Origin: Sulfolobales archaeon
GTDB taxonomy: Archaea > Thermoproteota > Thermoprotei_A > Sulfolobales > NBVN01
Length of the DNA: 64,000 nucleotides
Direction: 5' to 3'
Assembly (NCBI GenBank): GCA_038841535.1
Contig: JAWBTQ010000002.1
Location: 64,001 to 128,000 of the forward strand
The notes below the pieces were generated by a model. The model searched no databases. It saw nothing but the letters and a program-made list of their open reading frames with translations, and was not told where the DNA came from. A program made the position numbers and the translations under genes. Below, one piece after another: positions 58,213 to 64,000 of this stretch (its first letter is position 1; the number at the start of each line of letters is the position of its first letter).

Positions 58213-58806
58213 CTATTTCGGTACTTCGTGGTGTTTTCTGCACCTGGCTTCGTAGCTCTCTCGACCGCCGATCAGTACCCTGGGGCTATCGTAGGGAGCT
58301 GGTCTTCCATCTAGTAACCTCTGGGTTCTAGTTGCGGGTCTTCCACACTTTTTTCCGTCTTTACCCGTGTGTGTACAGACAGCTCTCAGGACTCTAATGT
58401 CGTCTGCGTGCGGTAGGATCTCTTTGACTACCTCCCACGGCTCTCCTCTGAAGTCAAGGTTCAGAGCTGCTACTATGACTAGCCTATCGCTACTTAAGTC
58501 CAGCAGGAACTTTACGAGCTCTTTTGAGTATTCGAAGAACTGGAACTCGTCTATCCCGATGACGTCGTGCTCTAGTAAGATGTCTCGTACTCTGTAGAAG
58601 CCAGCGATGTCGGACTCTACGACTAGTGCATCCATCTCGAGACCGTCGTGGCTGACGACCTTGCTACTCGAATACCTAGTGTCTGTGGAGGGCTTGACTA
58701 GTACTACTCTATACCCGGCGATAGCATATTTTCTCAGAACTCTGAGTAGCTCAGTAGTCTTACCGGAGAACATAGGACCCACGATTATGCGCAACCCACC
58801 TACCAT
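58213..58806 (-). CDS. tdk: Thymidine kinase
   Basis: GPMFSGKT, DTRY, SHDG, IDEFQF, LNLDFRG, IGGRESYEARCR. Confidence 0.95.
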   Translation of the reverse strand: MVGGLRIIVGPMFSGKTTELLRVLRKYAIAGYRVVLVKPSTDTRYSSSKVVSHDGLEMDALVVESDIAGFYRVRDILLEHDVIGIDEFQFFEYSKELVKFLLDLSSDRLVIVAALNLDFRGEPWEVVKEILPHADDIRVLRAVCTHTGKDGKKCGRPATRTQRLLDGRPAPYDSPRVLIGGRESYEARCRKHHEVPK

Positions 58807-59023
58807 ATGCTCCCTATTTCTAGCTAACTGAGGATACTTCTTAAAACAGCTCTAGTTCTAGGCTTGGGTAGATCGTATAGTAGGTTTCCCATGTCGCAGC
58901 TCACGGAGAATCTCTAGTGATGTATAGGTACCCTATCTCCTCGAACTTAAAATAGTTTCTGATCTCTAGGTTACGTAATCTTCCCTTTATTAGCAGCCTG
59001 GTTTTCGCGATTACGGACGTGGC

Positions 59024-61183
59024 ATGGCGCACACGCATTCTCGGACTAGGGTTTACCCCCTAGGTTTATGGTATGGAGTCGGCAAAGTTACACCAGTCTT
59101 CGATGCGTCTAAAATCCGCGATGACCTGAGGAAGGTCAAGGATCTGGGTGTAGGCTTTGTTAGACTTTGGGTAAACTGGAGAGATATCGAGCCGAGACCG
59201 AGTGCGTACGCATTTGGAGAGTTGAAGGAGGCTATGGACGAGGCCGAGGAGATCGGGCTTTCCGTAGTAATCCAAGTCTACTTAGAGTTTGGACCAGATT
59301 GGCTTCCGAAACTCTACCCCGATGCCGTTTTTATTTCTGAGTCCGACCTAAAGCTGTATCACCAAGGTAGCCCAGGAGTTTGCCTAGACCACCCCTCTGT
59401 GAGAAGGCATGCTGAGAGGTTTCTTGTGGAGCTAGCTGGGTTCGCAAAGAAGTACAGCAGCCTATATGCTTGGGACGTATGGAGCGAACCACAGATAGTC
59501 CAATGGGTGTTCAGGCTTGGGTTTCCTAAGTCAGTCTACTGCTACTGTGAGCACAGCGTGAAGAGGTTTAGGGAATGGCTTAAGGAGGTCTACGTAAGTA
59601 TCGACGCGCTAAACGCGGCATGGCATAGGTCCTTCAATTCGTTTGAGGAGGTTCAGCCACCTAGGTTTGTAGTCCTTCACTATGCTAAGGAGAACATTGA
59701 CTGGGTAGAGTTTAACGTCTGGAAGCTCAAGGAGGATCTGCGTTGGAGGGTCGAGACTATCAAGAAAGTCGACCGGGAGCATCTCGTAGCAAGTCACGCA
59801 GCTACGTCGTCAGTTCTATTGAACCCCCTATTTGGGCACCCAGACGACTGGGAAATGTCTAAAGTCGTAGACGTTTGGGGTACGTCTCTATACCCTAAGC
59901 ACGCTCACAGAGTCCCTGATCCAGCTGTAGATAGCTTCATTCTAACCTCAGTAAGGTCTTCTGCTGACGCATGGGGAAAGAGCTTTTGGATAGGGGAACT
60001 CCAGGGAGGCCAAGGAGTTGGGGGCCTAAAGATAGCGGACGTAGTACACCCAGAAGACATTAACGTATGGTTCTGGCAGTCCGTAGCCCACGGCTCTAAG
60101 GGAGCCTTCGTATACCACTCCTATCCAATGATGTGGGGTTACGAGTCTTCGGGATACGGTCTACTAGACCCCGCTGGCAATTTAACGAATAGAGCAAGGG
60201 CTTTAGCGTCTATATCAAACATAGTGAGAGAGTACGGAGACATGCTTGCAGAAGCTAGACCTTTGAAAGCTAAGTGCGCACTATTATATAATAAGCACTC
60301 GTACAGACTGCTGTGGGTTCTTCAGGAGGAGTCGGCAGCAGCATTCTCTAGGTCTCTCCTGGGTGTGTACAGAGTTCTATACAAGCATAACGTTCCTGTA
60401 GATGTGGTCTCCATAGAGCAGTTCATGAACGACCCGAGTAGCTATGTGCTACTGATGGCTCCCTTCTCGATAGCTGTTTCCAAAGAATTCTCTGGTGCTC
60501 TAGAGAGGTTTGTATCGAGCGGAGGTGTGCTTTTGGCGGATGCTAGATTTGGGTGGTTCAAGGAGGACGGCTGGATAGACGGAGAGATACCGTGCTACAA
60601 CCTCTCAAGAGTTCTCGGTGCAAGAGAGAAGTCCTGCAGAAGCTTAACTGAGTCGAAGGCTGTTATGAGGGTCGTGAACGAGGTAGTCCCAGGGCTCAAG
60701 TGTGGCGACATCGTGGGGATGTGGCACTATGCTGAAACCATGGAGTTATTAAGTGAGAACACTATCCCTGTAGCTGAAGTAGGTAGTGCAGAAACAGCTC
60801 TAACGATTAACAATTACGATAGGGGTTTCGCACTGTGGGTTGGCACATCCATAGGGTTAGCCTATGAGAACATGCGTGACCTAGGCATAGAGAAGCTTAT
60901 TAAGGGAGTTGTGGAGCTTGCTGGAATACGTCCACCCGCAATAGTGGATCCAGTAGGTGCTCTCGAAGTTAGAGTTCTTACTGTGGGAGGAGGAGGCGAG
61001 AGACTAGTGGTAATGATAAACCAAGGCTTAGAGGAGGTGAGAGCGAAAATAGCTTTCCCGGAGGACAAGTGGTTAGAGAAAATAAGAGACATAATAACGG
61101 GCAAGTCCTACGTGGTTAGAGGAGGTGAGCTCGAGCTGTCTGTGCCCCCTAGAGGTGTAATCGTTGGGTACTCAAGGCAGTAG
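59024..61183 (+). CDS. Clan GH-A glycoside hydrolase, GH42 (beta-galactosidase)-like, with trimerisation domain
   Basis: WRDIEP, WDVWSEP (acid/base), YCYC, FREWLK..Y.SIDALNAAW, GELQGG (nucleophile), FVSSGG. Confidence 0.85.
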   Translation: MAHTHSRTRVYPLGLWYGVGKVTPVFDASKIRDDLRKVKDLGVGFVRLWVNWRDIEPRPSAYAFGELKEAMDEAEEIGLSVVIQVYLEFGPDWLPKLYPDAVFISESDLKLYHQGSPGVCLDHPSVRRHAERFLVELAGFAKKYSSLYAWDVWSEPQIVQWVFRLGFPKSVYCYCEHSVKRFREWLKEVYVSIDALNAAWHRSFNSFEEVQPPRFVVLHYAKENIDWVEFNVWKLKEDLRWRVETIKKVDREHLVASHAATSSVLLNPLFGHPDDWEMSKVVDVWGTSLYPKHAHRVPDPAVDSFILTSVRSSADAWGKSFWIGELQGGQGVGGLKIADVVHPEDINVWFWQSVAHGSKGAFVYHSYPMMWGYESSGYGLLDPAGNLTNRARALASISNIVREYGDMLAEARPLKAKCALLYNKHSYRLLWVLQEESAAAFSRSLLGVYRVLYKHNVPVDVVSIEQFMNDPSSYVLLMAPFSIAVSKEFSGALERFVSSGGVLLADARFGWFKEDGWIDGEIPCYNLSRVLGAREKSCRSLTESKAVMRVVNEVVPGLKCGDIVGMWHYAETMELLSENTIPVAEVGSAETALTINNYDRGFALWVGTSIGLAYENMRDLGIEKLIKGVVELAGIRPPAIVDPVGALEVRVLTVGGGGERLVVMINQGLEEVRAKIAFPEDKWLEKIRDIITGKSYVVRGGELELSVPPRGVIVGYSRQ

Positions 61184-61970
61184 TGGAGCGAAAATCCGCG
61201 ACTTGCCCCAGGAGTGGTACGAAAGAGTGCTCGGACTGCTCGACTACATCGCTAAAACCCAGCGCAAAAATATTGAGAAAGCAGCCGAAATCGTCGCAGA
61301 CTCTATATTCAAGGGACATGTGTGTTTTCTGTTTGGGTCAGGTCATGCTGCTATACCAGTGATGGAGATTTTTCCTAGATATGGGTCGATGGTTGGGTTC
61401 GTGCCCATAGTAGACCTCCCTCTAATATCCTTCCTTAGGCTAGTGGGGGATATGGGCTATCCGCAGTTTGATTGCATAGAGAACTCGCCTGAGTATGGGC
61501 GCAGAATAGTTGAGAACTACGAGATTCACAGAGACGACTGCGCCATTGTCTTCTCTCATTCTGGTACTACGCCCGTCACCTTAGAGGTAGCACTACAGAT
61601 TAAGAGCAGGGGTTCTAAAGTGATTGGGATAACCTCGGTAGCTCATTCGTTGAGGGCTAGACCACGACATCCGTCTGGATTAAAGCTATTCGAGGTTGCT
61701 GATGTGGTTATAGATACAGGAGTACCACCGGGAGATGTTTCCATAGAGGTATTTAGCGGGGGAAAGCCTATCAAAGTAGGACCTCTCTCCACAATAGCGT
61801 TCGTGTTCGTAGCTAATTTTGTGCTCTTAAGCACCTATGAGCAATTGCTCAAAGCCGGTTACGACCCTATAACGCTGCCAGTTAGAGGTTTCGACTCAGA
61901 TGCCGACATCCTCATGAGGAAAGCCCTCAGTAAGTACAGAGAGCTATACTCTAAACACATCTCTAAGTAG
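61164..61970 (+). CDS. SIS-domain sugar-phosphate isomerase-like protein
   Basis: FGSGHA, SHSG, GITS, RHPSG.KL.EVAD.VID...GD, GP.ST. Confidence 0.85.
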   Translation: MGTQGSSGAKIRDLPQEWYERVLGLLDYIAKTQRKNIEKAAEIVADSIFKGHVCFLFGSGHAAIPVMEIFPRYGSMVGFVPIVDLPLISFLRLVGDMGYPQFDCIENSPEYGRRIVENYEIHRDDCAIVFSHSGTTPVTLEVALQIKSRGSKVIGITSVAHSLRARPRHPSGLKLFEVADVVIDTGVPPGDVSIEVFSGGKPIKVGPLSTIAFVFVANFVLLSTYEQLLKAGYDPITLPVRGFDSDADILMRKALSKYRELYSKHISK

Positions 61971-61978
61971 GGGATGGA

Positions 61979-62935
61979 ATGGTGTTGCGCAACGTCGTAT
62001 TGTCAATAGACGTTGGTGGAACTAAGATTGCGTACGCGTTTATCGACTCCGGAGGAGGAGTTCATGATTACGGTATCGTAAAAACTAGGAGAGCTGGGGG
62101 AAGGCAGGTTATCAACCAGCTCAGAGAGATCGTTAGATCCTGTCGCTACAAGAAGGTTGTTGGCGTGGGGGTGAGCGTGCCAGGCATAGTTAGAAACGGA
62201 TCGGTTACCTGGGCACCTAACATTAGGGAATGGAGGGACGTCCATTTAGCCGATCTGATAAGCAGGGATATCCCCGAGGGAGGCCTAATAGAGGTCGTAG
62301 ACGATAGGACGGCTAGCGCTCTGGGTGAGATGTGGCAGGGGGCGGCAAAGAGTCTATCAAATTTCATAGTGCTAGTCATAGGGACGGGAGTCGGTGCCGG
62401 CGTAGTTATTGACGGTAGGCCTGTCCATGGCTCAGCTGGTGTTTCGGGAGCTGTAGGTTGGTGGTTACTATCGCGAAGTCTTCCACATCGGAGTACCCGG
62501 AGAGGTTTTCTCGAAGAAGAGATAGGGGGATTAGCTCTCGATAGAATCGCCAGAAGGTACTCTTCATCAAGAACCTCAACAGGCTCTCCACTTCGCGAGC
62601 TATGCGAATTCGTCGATTCGACTTGCTTGTTTAGAGCTTACGACCTTGGGCACGATCTCGCAAAAAACACCCTAGAAAGGAAAGCAGTATTACTCGGGAT
62701 CCTCATAGCTAACTTACTGAGCCTGCTTAACCCCGAGGCCGTTATACTAAGTGGTAGCGTCGGAGTTGAGCTAGGTAAAAGGTTTATGCCGCTCATCAGG
62801 AGAGTAGTTGAGGCAGTAGCGCAACCGTACGCCACCAAGAGCTACCGCTTAGAGGTATCAAGCCTAGGTCACTTGTCCTGCTTATACGGCTCTGCCTACT
62901 TCGTATTGAAAAGAATGGGGAGCATAGGTAAGTAA
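61979..62935 (+). CDS. ROK family sugar kinase
   Basis: IDVGGTKI, VPG, DD, GE...GAA, IGTGVGAG; no HTH; Zn-binding CxCGxxGC absent. Confidence 0.88.
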   Translation: MVLRNVVLSIDVGGTKIAYAFIDSGGGVHDYGIVKTRRAGGRQVINQLREIVRSCRYKKVVGVGVSVPGIVRNGSVTWAPNIREWRDVHLADLISRDIPEGGLIEVVDDRTASALGEMWQGAAKSLSNFIVLVIGTGVGAGVVIDGRPVHGSAGVSGAVGWWLLSRSLPHRSTRRGFLEEEIGGLALDRIARRYSSSRTSTGSPLRELCEFVDSTCLFRAYDLGHDLAKNTLERKAVLLGILIANLLSLLNPEAVILSGSVGVELGKRFMPLIRRVVEAVAQPYATKSYRLEVSSLGHLSCLYGSAYFVLKRMGSIGK

Positions 62936-62978
62936 TAAGACCACTTTTTTGTTCTGTTAGTTTCTAACTCGTGAGACT

Positions 62979-64000
62979 ATGCTGCTTGGAGTAGTTGAGG
63001 GGTTCTATGGGCCCGCCTGGGACTGGGTTGAGAGGATTAACATTATGGAGTTTCTGAGTAGGGTAGGTCTCAATGCCTACATATACGCACCTAAGTGGGA
63101 TCCTCGTCATAGGGATTGGTGGAGGATTCCATACGAACCTGTCTTTGCTGATAGACTAAGCATGCTATTAGACTCGGCTTCTAGGTACGGAATCAGAGTT
63201 GTTTTCGCCCTAAGCCCGGGCTTAGACATGGACTACTCGTCAGAGCACGATGTTAGATTGCTAGTAAAGAAGTTCTCTTGGGTTATGGAGCTGGGGGTTG
63301 AAGATTTAGCCGTGTTTTTAGACGATATCCCGCCGGTTCTTAGAGGAAAAGGGTTCAAGACTCTAGCAGAAGCTCAGTCTTCCTTAGTGAACAAGTTGCT
63401 TAGGGAGCTGAGACCTAAGTCGCTGGTGTTCTGCCCTACCTATTACCACAGTCTGCGGGAGGACTACATGAGAGAGATAGGCGATCTCGTTGATCCCGAG
63501 GTATACATAGTTTGGACTGGTATGTGGGTAGCCTCACACAAAATAGACGTAGGGGACTTAGAATCCGTGGCCAAGCTCTTAAAGAGAAAGCCGTTCATAT
63601 GGGATAACTACCCAGTTAACGACTACTTCACCGTTTACGGAATTACGAGGCTACACCTAGGGCCCCTAAAGAACAGACCTAAAGAGTTCACCAAATATAT
63701 CTCCGGCTACGCATCTAACCCCATGAATCAGTATGAAGCATCTAAGATACCTCTATACACTATCGCAGAAGCCTTACTAAGTACGTCATACGACCCCGAA
63801 AAGAGTTTATCGGACGCTATAGACAGCATACTCAATAAGAACTCTAGGTACTGGTTTAAGAGGTTTGTGGAGTTTAACCGAGCTAACTTTATGGACTTAA
63901 CGGAACGTACTATAACTAGAGAAAATGCTGACGAGGTGATCGAGCTAGTCAGAGAACTTCGTGAATCTATAGGAAACAAGAAGTTGGTTAGAGAAGTTGA
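62979..64000 (+). CDS. GH84 beta-N-acetylglucosaminidase / O-GlcNAcase, truncated by window end (absent from ORF track)
   Basis: Manual translation: GVVEGFYGPAW, YIYAPKWDPRHR, ALSPG, FLDDIP (catalytic DD), FCPTYY, WTG, IWDNYPVND, NPMNQ; no stop before 64000. Confidence 0.92.
   Translation, partial: MLLGVVEGFYGPAWDWVERINIMEFLSRVGLNAYIYAPKWDPRHRDWWRIPYEPVFADRLSMLLDSASRYGIRVVFALSPGLDMDYSSEHDVRLLVKKFSWVMELGVEDLAVFLDDIPPVLRGKGFKTLAEAQSSLVNKLLRELRPKSLVFCPTYYHSLREDYMREIGDLVDPEVYIVWTGMWVASHKIDVGDLESVAKLLKRKPFIWDNYPVNDYFTVYGITRLHLGPLKNRPKEFTKYISGYASNPMNQYEASKIPLYTIAEALLSTSYDPEKSLSDAIDSILNKNSRYWFKRFVEFNRANFMDLTERTITRENADEVIELVRELRESIGNKKLVREV

Noticed and set aside
482-63979. Many short antisense or overlapping ORFs in the track (e.g. 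482..778, 7956..8363, 35869..36432, 46364..46846, 63728..63979)
   Set aside because: They are shadow frames of well-supported genes on the opposite strand, Ser/Thr-rich, with no motifs.
1-64000. CRISPR array, tRNA or rRNA genes
   Set aside because: No regularly spaced direct repeats, GTTCRAATC T-loop cloverleafs or rRNA-like GC-rich tracts in the intergenic regions inspected.

Overview
This is a gene-dense archaeal chromosome segment. Gene content, TATA/BRE promoters and GGTG-type ribosome-binding sites point to a (hyper)thermophilic anaerobic heterotroph of the Thermoprotei, Desulfurococcales-like (taxonomy is inference). It carries cooC/cooT beside an incomplete group-4 [NiFe]-hydrogenase cluster, an Opp peptide-uptake operon with an M20 peptidase, folP, thi4, a heterodimeric ABC exporter, and a KaiC-like ATPase. 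It also has a CoA-transferase/AOR/ETF/acyl-CoA cluster, a second tungsten AOR with radical SAM maturase, a stand-alone herA-nurA pair, pdxST, oxidative-stress genes, tdk, and a GH42-like/SIS/ROK/GH84 sugar operon that runs off the right edge (the GH84 gene is missing from the ORF track). I found no rRNA, tRNA or CRISPR array. The strongest candidate for an undescribed system is a threonine-synthase-fold pseudoenzyme (PLP Lys replaced by Ser) fused to a winged helix, co-transcribed with pdxST behind a palindromic operator-like site. Other candidates are the archaeal GH84 glycan operon, promoter-flanked structured intergenic RNAs plus decayed IS200/IS605-like right ends, and the thiolase-less AOR-ETF-CoA module. 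All family calls come from motif recognition by eye; no database searches were run.
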